Assembly: GCA_965240465.1 (NCBI GenBank)
Contig: OZ251219.1
Span: forward strand, 288,001 to 352,000
Source of the DNA: a bacterium
Lineage (GTDB): Bacteria > SAR324 > JACQKK01
Reading direction: 5' to 3'
Length of the DNA: 64,000 nt
How positions within the stretch are numbered: position 1 is the stretch's first letter; every line of letters begins with the position of its first letter. The notes below the pieces were generated by a model. The model did no database searches. It was not told where the DNA came from and worked only from the letters and a program-made list of their open reading frames with translations. Of the stretch, positions 51,591-60,817 are shown piece after piece. Both the position numbers and the translations under genes were made by a program.

Positions 51591-53537
51591 ATGCGAAAAT
51601 TATCTCTCCTTTCAGCCAGTGTCTTCTCTCTATTCTTAGCCAGCTGTGGGGGCAGGGGCGGTGGAAGGTCTGCTGATACAGATTCTGATGGCATCTTTGA
51701 TAGCAAGGATTCGTGCCGCAACAGCTCCACAGGCTTCATCAGCACCCCCGAAACCGACTACGATGGCGACGGCTGCAAAGATAGCACCGAAGATGTAGAT
51801 GATGACGGAGATGGTTTAATAGAGCTTCACAATGCTACCGAGCTCAATAACATCCGCCATGATTTGGACGGCACTCACTATGATGACAGAACCAGTAATG
51901 AAGGCTCTAACGCGGGCTGTCCTACTACTAATCCCGTGGGTTGCATTGGCTATGAACTAGCCGATGACATTGACTTAGCGACTGACCCTGCTACCAGCGA
52001 CTGGGTACCTATCGCGGGGAATTTTATCGCTACCTTAGAAGGCAATGGTCACAGCATCAATAACCTAACCATTGACAGAGACTCTCTATCCGTGGGACTC
52101 TTTGAGGTCTTGGCTACTGAAGGCATAGTCCAAAATTTATCTTTTGTAGGAGGTTCAGTTGTTAGTAGATCTAATTCTAGCAATAGCCTTGTGGGGGTTC
52201 TGGTAGGCAAGAGTTTTGGAACAATATCCGATGTTTCTGTGGGGCTATCGGTTTCCATCAGAATGGTGATTGATTTTGGCACTGTGGGTGGCTTGGTGGG
52301 TGTTAATGCTGATGGCGGCACCATCCAAGGTAGCTTTGCCACTGGAAAGGCCGATGGAGGTGGTGGTAGTAGAGAAGCAGTAGGCGGCTTGGTAGGTGTT
52401 AATGAGGGCACCATCCAAGGTAGCTTTGCCACTGGAAAGACCGATGGAGGTGACGGTAATAGAGACGCCGTGGGCGGCTTAGTAGGTGTTAATGCTGGTG
52501 GCGGCATCATCCAAGGTAGCTTTGCCACTGGAAAGGCTGATGGAGGTGATGGTAATGCAGACTATGTGGGTGGCTTGTTGGGTTATAATGGTGAAAGCAC
52601 CATCGTAAATAGCTATGCCACTGGAAATGTCAGTGATGATGCTGGTGATGGAGACTTTGTGGGTGGCTTGGCAGGTTATAATGGTAGTGGAAGCACCATC
52701 CAAGGTAGCTATGCCACTGGCAAAGTTGCTGGCGGTGATGGTAATACAGATATTGTGGGCGGCTTGGTAAGTTATAATTTTCAAAGCAATATTGAAGATA
52801 GCTATGCCACTGGAGATGCTGATGGCAATAATGGTAATACAGACGTAGTAGGCGGCTTGGTAGGTTCTAATATTGGCAGCATCATCCAAAACAGCTATGC
52901 TACTGGCAAAGTTGCTGGTGGTGATGGTAATGGAGACGTAGTGGGCGGCTTAGTAGGTGGGCATTACAAAAGTGGCACCATCCAAAACAGCTATGCCACT
53001 GGCAAAGCTGATGGCGGTAATGGTGATGATGATAGAGTGGGCGGCTTGGTAGGTAATCTTTATGGTACGATCAAAAATAGCTATGCCACTGGCAAAGCTG
53101 CTGGCGGTAATGGTGATGGTGACCATGTGGGCGGCTTGGTGGGATATGTTTACTTTGGAATCCTCCAGAAAAATTATTCCCTCAGTGATGTTGATGGGGG
53201 TGCTGGAAACGATAATGTTGGCCGTTTAGTTGGCAGTAGAGAAGATAGTACAATGACGGCTTCCGACAGCTATTATAGTAATCAGAGTGCCTTTAATAAT
53301 AGTGGGACCGTATTAGACCTTGGGATCAGCAAAACCAACGATGAACTAAAATCCTTGGTTGACAGTAATACAGGTTGGGATACCAAAAACTGGAATTTTG
53401 GTTCAACAAGCCAATACCCCAGCTTAAAGTCCTACAAAGAGAATTCCATCGGTACCCAAATCGCAGGTGATCTACTCTGTGGACAAAAACCCACAGACGA
53501 CTTCGTTCAGTGTCCTACGCCTGCCCCTACGCCTTAA
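51591..53537 (+). CDS. Array lipoprotein 12
   Basis: FLASC; same architecture. Confidence 0.9.
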   Translation: MRKLSLLSASVFSLFLASCGGRGGGRSADTDSDGIFDSKDSCRNSSTGFISTPETDYDGDGCKDSTEDVDDDGDGLIELHNATELNNIRHDLDGTHYDDRTSNEGSNAGCPTTNPVGCIGYELADDIDLATDPATSDWVPIAGNFIATLEGNGHSINNLTIDRDSLSVGLFEVLATEGIVQNLSFVGGSVVSRSNSSNSLVGVLVGKSFGTISDVSVGLSVSIRMVIDFGTVGGLVGVNADGGTIQGSFATGKADGGGGSREAVGGLVGVNEGTIQGSFATGKTDGGDGNRDAVGGLVGVNAGGGIIQGSFATGKADGGDGNADYVGGLLGYNGESTIVNSYATGNVSDDAGDGDFVGGLAGYNGSGSTIQGSYATGKVAGGDGNTDIVGGLVSYNFQSNIEDSYATGDADGNNGNTDVVGGLVGSNIGSIIQNSYATGKVAGGDGNGDVVGGLVGGHYKSGTIQNSYATGKADGGNGDDDRVGGLVGNLYGTIKNSYATGKAAGGNGDGDHVGGLVGYVYFGILQKNYSLSDVDGGAGNDNVGRLVGSREDSTMTASDSYYSNQSAFNNSGTVLDLGISKTNDELKSLVDSNTGWDTKNWNFGSTSQYPSLKSYKENSIGTQIAGDLLCGQKPTDDFVQCPTPAPTP

Positions 53538-53663
53538 GGCTACACACCCCCTTAACTACCTCTTGATCTTGCCTCCTTAGTTGCTACGATTGCCATGGTT
53601 GCTACCGTGGGAGATAGCACTTTCTGGCGGCACAGTCTTTCTTAGCTACTAAAAGGACTGACC

Positions 53664-55547
53664 ATGCGAAAATTATCTCTCCTTTCAGCCAGTGTCTTCT
53701 CTCTATTCTTAGCCAGCTGTGGGGGCAGGGGCGGTGGGAGGTCTGCTGATACAGATTCTGATGGCATCTTTGATAGCAAGGATTCGTGCCGCAACAGCTC
53801 CACAGGCTTCATCAGCACCCCCGAAACCGACTACGATGGCGACGGCTGCAAAGATAGCACCGAAGATGTAGATGATGACGGAGATGGTTTAATAGAGCTT
53901 CACAATGCTACCGAGCTCAATAACATCCGCCATGATTTGGACGGCACTCACTATGATGACAGAACCAGTAATGAAGGCTCTAACGCGGGCTGTCCTACTA
54001 CTAATCCCGTGGGTTGCATTGGCTATGAACTAGCCGATGACATTGACTTAGCGACTGACCCTGCTACCAGCGACTGGGTACCTATTGCGGGGAATTTTAT
54101 CGCTACCTTAGAAGGCAATGGTCACAGCATCAATAACCTAACCATTGACAGAGACTCTCAATTCACGGGATTATTTGGGGTCTTGGGTTCCGAAGGCACA
54201 GTCCAAAATTTATCTTTTGTAGGAGGTTCAGTTGTTAGTAGCTATAATTCTAGCAGTTATGAGAGCTATGCGGGGGTTCTGGTAGGCAGTAGTTTTGGAA
54301 CAATATCCGATGTTTCTGCGGGGCTATCGATTTTTGCCAGCGCGGCTAGCTCTGTGGGTGGCTTGGTAGGTTATAACAAGGGAAATATCCAAAATAGCTC
54401 TGCCACTGGAAATGTCGATGGTGGTGGTGGTAGTGAAGAAGCAGTAGGCGGCTTGGTAGGTTATAATTACGGCATTATCCAGGGTAGCTCTGCTACTGGA
54501 AATGTCGGTGGTGGTGCCGGTGATAGAAACTCAGTGGGCGGCTTAGTAGGTGTTAATACTGATGGCGGCACCATTCAAGGTAGCTTTGCCACTGGAAAGG
54601 CCGATGGAGATGCTGGTGATAGAGACGTAGTGGGCGGCTTGGTAGGTTATAATTTTAGAGGCGGCAATATCGAAGATAGCTATGCCATTGGAAAGGCCGA
54701 TGGAGGTGATGGTGAGCGTGATAGGGTTGGTGGCTTGGTGGGTATCTCTTCTATTGGTAGCCTCATCCAAAACAGCTATGCCACTGGCAATGCTAATGGT
54801 GGTAAGGGTGATGATGACTATGTGGGTGGCTTAGTAGGTAGGAATTACGAAAGTGGCACCATTCAAAACAGCCACGCCATTATCCGAAACAGCTACGCCA
54901 CTGGAAAGGCCGATGGCGGTGATGGTAATGAAGACTTTGTGGGTGGCTTGGTAGGTTCTTCTAATCGTTACACCATTATTCAAAACAGCTATGCCGCTGG
55001 CAATGCTGATGGCGGTAAGGGTGATGGTGATAGAGTGGGCGGCTTGGCAGGTAATCTTGATGGTACGATCAAAAATAGCTATGCCACTGGCAATGGTAAT
55101 GGCAGCAATGGTAATGGTGACTATGTGGGTGGCTTGGTGGGATATGTTTACTTTGGAATCCTCCAGAAAAGTTATTCCCTCAGTGATGTTGATGGGGGTG
55201 CTGGAAACGATAATGTTGGCCGCTTGGTCGGATATAACGATCAGGGAACAATTAGTAGCAATTATTATTATAGTGGGGGTAGCTTAGCTAGTGGTGATAC
55301 TGAAGAAAGACTTGAAGGTACTAATGAGGCTGAGGGTAAGGACCTTACTCAACTAGGAGCGTTGGATGTTAACACCACCGTTAAGGACTTTGGGGCAGGT
55401 AACAGTTGGAGTACTAACAATTGGCAGTTCACCAATACCAAATACCCCAGCTTAAAGTCCTACAAAGAGAATTCCAGCGGTGAACAAGTTAATGGCAAGT
55501 TACTCTGTGACCAACCCACCGACTTCGTTCAATGTCCTACGCCTTAA
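53664..55547 (+). CDS. Array lipoprotein 13
   Basis: First ~165 aa identical to gene 12. Confidence 0.9.
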   Translation: MRKLSLLSASVFSLFLASCGGRGGGRSADTDSDGIFDSKDSCRNSSTGFISTPETDYDGDGCKDSTEDVDDDGDGLIELHNATELNNIRHDLDGTHYDDRTSNEGSNAGCPTTNPVGCIGYELADDIDLATDPATSDWVPIAGNFIATLEGNGHSINNLTIDRDSQFTGLFGVLGSEGTVQNLSFVGGSVVSSYNSSSYESYAGVLVGSSFGTISDVSAGLSIFASAASSVGGLVGYNKGNIQNSSATGNVDGGGGSEEAVGGLVGYNYGIIQGSSATGNVGGGAGDRNSVGGLVGVNTDGGTIQGSFATGKADGDAGDRDVVGGLVGYNFRGGNIEDSYAIGKADGGDGERDRVGGLVGISSIGSLIQNSYATGNANGGKGDDDYVGGLVGRNYESGTIQNSHAIIRNSYATGKADGGDGNEDFVGGLVGSSNRYTIIQNSYAAGNADGGKGDGDRVGGLAGNLDGTIKNSYATGNGNGSNGNGDYVGGLVGYVYFGILQKSYSLSDVDGGAGNDNVGRLVGYNDQGTISSNYYYSGGSLASGDTEERLEGTNEAEGKDLTQLGALDVNTTVKDFGAGNSWSTNNWQFTNTKYPSLKSYKENSSGEQVNGKLLCDQPTDFVQCPTP

Positions 55548-55671
55548 GGCTACACCCTTAAACTACCGCTTGACTCTTGCCTCCTTAATTGCTACGGTTG
55601 CTACGGTTGCTACCATGGGAGATAGCACTTTCTGGCGGCACAGCCTTTCTTAGCTACTAAAAGGACTGACC

Positions 55672-57810
55672 ATGCGAAAATTATCCCTCCTTTCAGCCAG
55701 TGTCTTCTCTCTATTCTTAGCCAGCTGTGGGGGCGGTATAGATGCATCTGGAGGCACTGATACAGATTCTGATGGCATCTTTGATAGCAAGGATTCGTGC
55801 CGCAACAGCCCCACAGGCTTCATCAGCACCCCCGAAACCGACTACGATGGCGACGGCTGCAAAGATAATAGCAAAGAAGACCTCGATGACGACAATGATA
55901 GGGTAACCGATGATACTGACAAATGCGACAAAGGCACCCTTGGCTTCATCAGCACCCCCGAAACCGACTACGATGGCGACGGCTGCAAAGATAATAGCAA
56001 AGAAGACCTCGATGACGACAATGACGGCGTATACGATGTTAATGCAGAAGGCCACAAGCTAGACAAATGCCCCAAAGGCAGTTTATTCAAAAGCATAAGC
56101 ACCAGCACTGACCCCAACGTAACTATCACCGACTACGATGGCGATGGTTGCAAAGATGACGACATTGAAGACAATGATGACGACAATGATGAGGTCAATG
56201 ATGTTGATGGCGATGGCAACATTGTAGACCTATGCCGAAAAAGTGCTAATAAGAAATTTGTCAGCAACGACACCACCGACCGCGACCGCGACGGCTGCGA
56301 AGATGCCAATGACGAAGATCAAGATGATGGCAGTGGCAAGGATGAAGATAATGATGGCAAATTTGGCACTGACCCCAATAACTCCACTATTGAGCTTGAT
56401 AAATGTGAAAACGGCGATAAAGGCTGGACTAGTCAACCCAGCACCGACGAAGATGATGATGGTTGTCAGGATGATGGCGAAGATGTGGATAAAGACAATG
56501 ACGGTCTAATAGAGATTAACGATGCTTTAGAGCTAAACAACATCCGCTATGATTTGGCAGGCACTAGCTATGATGATAACACAGGTGAACCGTCTAGTAC
56601 TGGCTGTCCCTCTGCGGGTTGCAGTGGCTATGAACTAGCGAATGACATTACTTTTGAAGACCCAAACATCATCCCTAGCAACTGGGACCCAATTGGTGAC
56701 GACAGCAACCCTTTTACCGCTACCTTAGAAGGCAATGACAATACCATCCGCAACCTTGTTATAGTCAATAGTACCCAAACAGATTCCGGATTTTTTATAA
56801 AACTGGATGGGACAGTCCAAAACTTGTCCTTTGAAGAAGGTTCAGTTACCAATACGTACACCGATGACATTAGCGACAGCACTACAGGGGTTCTGGCAAG
56901 CTATAATAGTAGAACTGGAACAATATACAATGTTTCTATTGGGCTCTCTATCTCTGCCGCTGATAGAAGAAACATTGTAGGTAGCTCGGTAGCTAGTAAT
57001 ATAGGTAGCTTGGTAGCTAGTAATAGAGGCACCATCCGAGATAGTTCTGCTACCGGAAATGTTGTTGGCAGTGCCGGTAACAATGACCGGGTAGGTGGCT
57101 TGGTAGGTGTAAATTACGTTGCTGGTACCATCAGAAATAGCTATGCTGCTGGCAATGTTTATGGAAGGGATGGTAATGATTTTGTGGGCGGCTTGGTAGG
57201 TTCTTCTTATGGTACCATCGGAAATAGCTATGCCACTGGCAATGTTTATGGAGAAGGTGGTAATGACCAGGTAGGTGGCTTGCTGGGTTCTGGTGATGGT
57301 GCCATCAGAAATAGCTATGCCACTGGCAATGTTGATGGCGGTACTGGCGATGACTCTGTGGGTGGCTTGCTGGGATATGCTGATAATAAATATGCTTATG
57401 TAACCCTCAGTAACAGTTATTCCTTAGGCAATGTTGATGGAGGGGATGGTAGCGATACAGTGGGACGCTTGCTCGGCAAAAAAGGCACTGGACCTGAGAC
57501 AATTGCAATTACCAACAACTATTATAATAGTGGTAGCACCCTAACCGTCTCTGGCGAGGATACCGAACTAACCCTTGTAGCCGCTGAGGCTAAGGACAAA
57601 ACCAGCCCCGACCTAAAAACCTTGACTGCCAACACCACCGAAGCTGACTTTGGTGCGAATAATCGCTGGAATGTATTCAACTGGGATTTTGGTTCAACAA
57701 GCCAATACCCCAGTCTGAGGTCTTATGAAAAGAATTCCAGTGGTAACCAAATTAAGGGTGGATTACTCTGTAACCAACCCACCGACTTCGTTCAGTGTTC
57801 TACAAACTAG
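55672..57810 (+). CDS. Array lipoprotein 14
   Basis: FLASC; same architecture. Confidence 0.9.
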   Translation: MRKLSLLSASVFSLFLASCGGGIDASGGTDTDSDGIFDSKDSCRNSPTGFISTPETDYDGDGCKDNSKEDLDDDNDRVTDDTDKCDKGTLGFISTPETDYDGDGCKDNSKEDLDDDNDGVYDVNAEGHKLDKCPKGSLFKSISTSTDPNVTITDYDGDGCKDDDIEDNDDDNDEVNDVDGDGNIVDLCRKSANKKFVSNDTTDRDRDGCEDANDEDQDDGSGKDEDNDGKFGTDPNNSTIELDKCENGDKGWTSQPSTDEDDDGCQDDGEDVDKDNDGLIEINDALELNNIRYDLAGTSYDDNTGEPSSTGCPSAGCSGYELANDITFEDPNIIPSNWDPIGDDSNPFTATLEGNDNTIRNLVIVNSTQTDSGFFIKLDGTVQNLSFEEGSVTNTYTDDISDSTTGVLASYNSRTGTIYNVSIGLSISAADRRNIVGSSVASNIGSLVASNRGTIRDSSATGNVVGSAGNNDRVGGLVGVNYVAGTIRNSYAAGNVYGRDGNDFVGGLVGSSYGTIGNSYATGNVYGEGGNDQVGGLLGSGDGAIRNSYATGNVDGGTGDDSVGGLLGYADNKYAYVTLSNSYSLGNVDGGDGSDTVGRLLGKKGTGPETIAITNNYYNSGSTLTVSGEDTELTLVAAEAKDKTSPDLKTLTANTTEADFGANNRWNVFNWDFGSTSQYPSLRSYEKNSSGNQIKGGLLCNQPTDFVQCSTN

Positions 57811-57868
57811 GCTAGACCCCCCCCCCCCCCTCCCCGACTGCTTGAAAAAGGCAGCCGAGCATTCTTCT

Positions 57869-57902
57869 GGGAGTGAGCTATACTCACTCCCTTTCTTTTT
57901 TT
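57869..57902 (+). terminator. Repeated array terminator hairpin
   Basis: GGGAGTGAG...CTCACTCCC followed by a T tract. Confidence 0.85.
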
Positions 57903-58130
57903 GGGGACTGCATTTTGCTCTTTTAAGCACTTGATAAACTTATCGCCAATGAAGTTCTGGCTGACTGTGTTCAGTGTGTAACCACTAAACTTGACAGTAG
58001 CTAATTTTTGGTGCATAATAGGCAGTATGGGTTGTCTTGTGCTCTAAGGTACATCACCCCAAGGTACATCAATTTGTGACGGTTTATGTTAGATCATATC
58101 AGTCAAAATTAACGGATAGTAGGAAACTCA

Positions 58131-59846
58131 ATGAAAAAATTATCATTACTCTCAAGCATTTTTGTTATCACTCTGTTCTTAGCCAGCTGTGGCGGTAGTA
58201 AAGATAAGAAAGGTGTTGTAGACCCTGTTACTGATACCGATGGCGATGGAATCAACGATTTTGAGGCAGATGGCACCACCAAGCTAGATAGATGCCAATC
58301 AAGCGAAGACACCACCTTTAGAAGCACGGCCACCAACGACCGCGATCGCGACGGCTGCAAAGATGACGGCGAAGACAAAGATGACGACAATGATGGGATC
58401 AACGATGTTGATATAAACGGCAACGAGCTAGATAAATGTCCTTTTGAAAAACCCACTACCGATGATAATGGCGACGGCTGCGAAGACACCTCTACTGATA
58501 GCGATGGCGATAACATAAACGACGACATTGACGTGGATGATGACAACAACGGTCTGATAGAACTCACCGCTACTACCCTAACCAACATCCGCTACCAACT
58601 GGACGGCACTACCTATAAAACAAATGCCAGCGATACAGGCTCTACCATGGGTTGTTCTACTGTTGATCCCATAGGTTGCAATGGCTATGAAATAACCAAT
58701 GACCTTGATCTTGTTGGCAACTTTGAACCCGTTGCAGGGAATTTCATCGCTATATTTGACGGCAATAATAATACCATCAATGACCTAACCATTGACAATA
58801 GCACTCAGTACACTGGCTTCTTCACTACGGTGGCTTCTGCTGGTGAAGTAAGAAGTATAAACTTTGTTGGTGGCTCAATCACCAGTAGCTTTACCAGTGA
58901 TTCAAACAATGTTAGCTATGTGGGAGTTCTGGCAGGCAAGAATGAGGGAACAGTATCCGATATTTCTGCCAATCTTTCGGTTTCTATTGGTGCGGGCATA
59001 AGTAACAATACAGGTGGCTTGATAGGCGAAAATAGTGGTATCCTGCAGGACAGCCAATCTTCTGGCAATATCAGCGGCGGTACCGGTAACAATGATAATG
59101 TGGGTGGCTTGGTAGGTTCCAATAATGGTGGCACCATCCAAAACAGCCGAGCCACTGGCAATGCCAGCGGCGGTACCGGTAACATTGATAGTGTGGGTGG
59201 CTTGGCAGGTACAAATAAATCCAGTACTAGCATTATCCGAAACAGTTATGCGGTCGGTTCTGCCAAGGGTAATGCTGGTGAGGATGATAATGTGGGTGGC
59301 TTGGTAGGTTTTAATGGTAGCACCATCCAGAACAGTTATGCTATCGGTTCTGCCAACGGTGGTAGTGGTAATGACTATGTGGGTGGCTTAGTGGGATTTA
59401 TTTCTCAAGGAACCATCCTGAACAGTTATGCCTTAGGCGATGTGAATGGGGACAATGGAGCAGCCAGTGATAGAGTGGGTGGCTTAGTTGGTAAGGTGCT
59501 GGTTGGTACGATTTCAGGTAACTATTTTGATAGTGATAGTGGATTAATTGGTAATGAAAAAGAAACCTTTGCAGCTTCCGAAGCTCTGGGCAAAACCAGC
59601 GACCAGCTGAAAGCCATCAACAATGTTGCCCCCACTACTAATACTACTTGCACTAGTGCTGGGGGAACTTGGGATGGCACTGCATGCACCGATGGGCATC
59701 TGAACCTTAGTACCAACAACTGGGATTTCACTGCTGACAAATACCCCAGCCTGAAGTCCTACAAAGAAGATGCTAGCGATGTCCAAGTTGAGGGTGTTTT
59801 ACTCTGTAACCAATCCACCGACTTCGTTCAGTGTACTACAAACTAG
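58131..59846 (+). CDS. Array lipoprotein 15
   Basis: Upstream region, 5' end and 3' end nearly identical to gene 9; different GLUG middle. Confidence 0.9.
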   Translation: MKKLSLLSSIFVITLFLASCGGSKDKKGVVDPVTDTDGDGINDFEADGTTKLDRCQSSEDTTFRSTATNDRDRDGCKDDGEDKDDDNDGINDVDINGNELDKCPFEKPTTDDNGDGCEDTSTDSDGDNINDDIDVDDDNNGLIELTATTLTNIRYQLDGTTYKTNASDTGSTMGCSTVDPIGCNGYEITNDLDLVGNFEPVAGNFIAIFDGNNNTINDLTIDNSTQYTGFFTTVASAGEVRSINFVGGSITSSFTSDSNNVSYVGVLAGKNEGTVSDISANLSVSIGAGISNNTGGLIGENSGILQDSQSSGNISGGTGNNDNVGGLVGSNNGGTIQNSRATGNASGGTGNIDSVGGLAGTNKSSTSIIRNSYAVGSAKGNAGEDDNVGGLVGFNGSTIQNSYAIGSANGGSGNDYVGGLVGFISQGTILNSYALGDVNGDNGAASDRVGGLVGKVLVGTISGNYFDSDSGLIGNEKETFAASEALGKTSDQLKAINNVAPTTNTTCTSAGGTWDGTACTDGHLNLSTNNWDFTADKYPSLKSYKEDASDVQVEGVLLCNQSTDFVQCTTN

Positions 59847-59892
59847 GCTAGACCCCCCCCCCAACTGCTTGAAAAATAGAGCAGACCATTTT

Positions 59893-59921
59893 GGGAGTGA
59901 GTTAATACTCACTCCCTTTTT
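59893..59921 (+). terminator. Repeated array terminator hairpin
   Basis: GGGAGTGAGT-TAAT-ACTCACTCCC-TTTTT. Confidence 0.85.
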
Positions 59922-59955
59922 CTTTCTGGGGGGACAACCAATCTCTTTTAAGCAC

Positions 59956-59984
59956 TTGACAAACTGATCGCGATACCCTACACT
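59956..59984 (+). promoter_or_regulatory. Putative sigma70 promoter of the candidate ncRNA
   Basis: TTGACA-17 bp-TACACT, same hexamers as the 41347 promoter. Confidence 0.65.
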
Positions 59985-59990
59985 CACATT

Positions 59991-60625
59991 ATCAAAACAT
60001 TTTTAGTGATCCAAACTGCAGTTATGCCGAACCTAGGCTGGTAAGGATAGGTTCGCTAAGGGTTTTAGATAACGAATGAAAGGGGATTGGTGGGTAGTGA
60101 CCGCCTGAGGTTCCGTCATACCGAAGGGTGGATCATGTGTGTCCTTTGTTGCCTTTTGGCATATGTTTTGGCACACGCAAATGACGAGGAAGATGAGGAG
60201 GTAGATTGCACCGAAATCTCTTCTCCCCTCCGCAAATGAGTAGAACTTAGGCAAGTCCTAGATTCCTGCCATTAAGGGATTAAAACGCGGATCAAGCAGT
60301 CGCAGAAACACTAGCGGGAGTTTAATAGCTCCGAAGGTCGTGGAACGCCGTTTCTGTTTTGGTGAGTACTTTTAGTACTTTTTCCAAGGTATAATTTCAC
60401 GCCTAGTACCGAGCTGGGACTGAGCAATTTTAATTAATTGCCAGAGCGAAAGCGAACGTCAGTCTCGGTTCACTTAGTGGCATCCTTTCGGTAGCCACTA
60501 GCGAAGCTGAGGTCGTCATTGCAAACCGTAAGACTTCGCGGGAGGACCGTGCCATCATCTCAGGGTGAGGATTTTTGAGAATAATGGAGCAAGCGATGAC
60601 ATTCCTCACCAAGCCTCTTTCATTC
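59991..60625 (+). ncRNA. Candidate large structured non-coding RNA (~630 nt), family unassigned
   Basis: Closing stem 60074-60094/60605-60625 (20 of 21 pairs, 2 G-U); multiple internal helices with G-U pairs on the + strand; GAAA tetraloop; own promoter; no credible ORF. Confidence 0.7.
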
Positions 60626-60721
60626 TACCCCCCCCGACTGCACCTTAGGCTACCTCCCCCCCCTCACCTTGATTTCTCCATCACCCTGCTCTTAAAGGCA
60701 TGCCAGATGGCAGAAGATAAC

Positions 60722-60750
60722 TTGACAACACCCCCTCTGCCTGCCATGAT
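60722..60750 (+). promoter_or_regulatory. Putative sigma70 promoter for array gene 16
   Basis: TTGACA-17 bp-CATGAT. Confidence 0.55.
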
Positions 60751-60817
60751 GAAGACTGGCGATTTCTCAAAGCTGAGGAATGCCCTAGCCTTTCGCATCC
60801 ATATCGGAGGATTTCTG

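Noticed and set aside
59991-60625. RNase P RNA, tmRNA, rRNA fragment or group II intron
   Set aside because: No GAGGAAAGTCC P4 signature, no tRNA-like ends, and no GTGCG start or domain V motif found by eye
60033-60817. ORFs 60033-60254 (-), 60430-60612 (-) and the 60575 extension of gene 16
   Set aside because: No recognisable products; the true start of gene 16 is ATG 60818, with GGAGG and a signal peptide matching its paralogs
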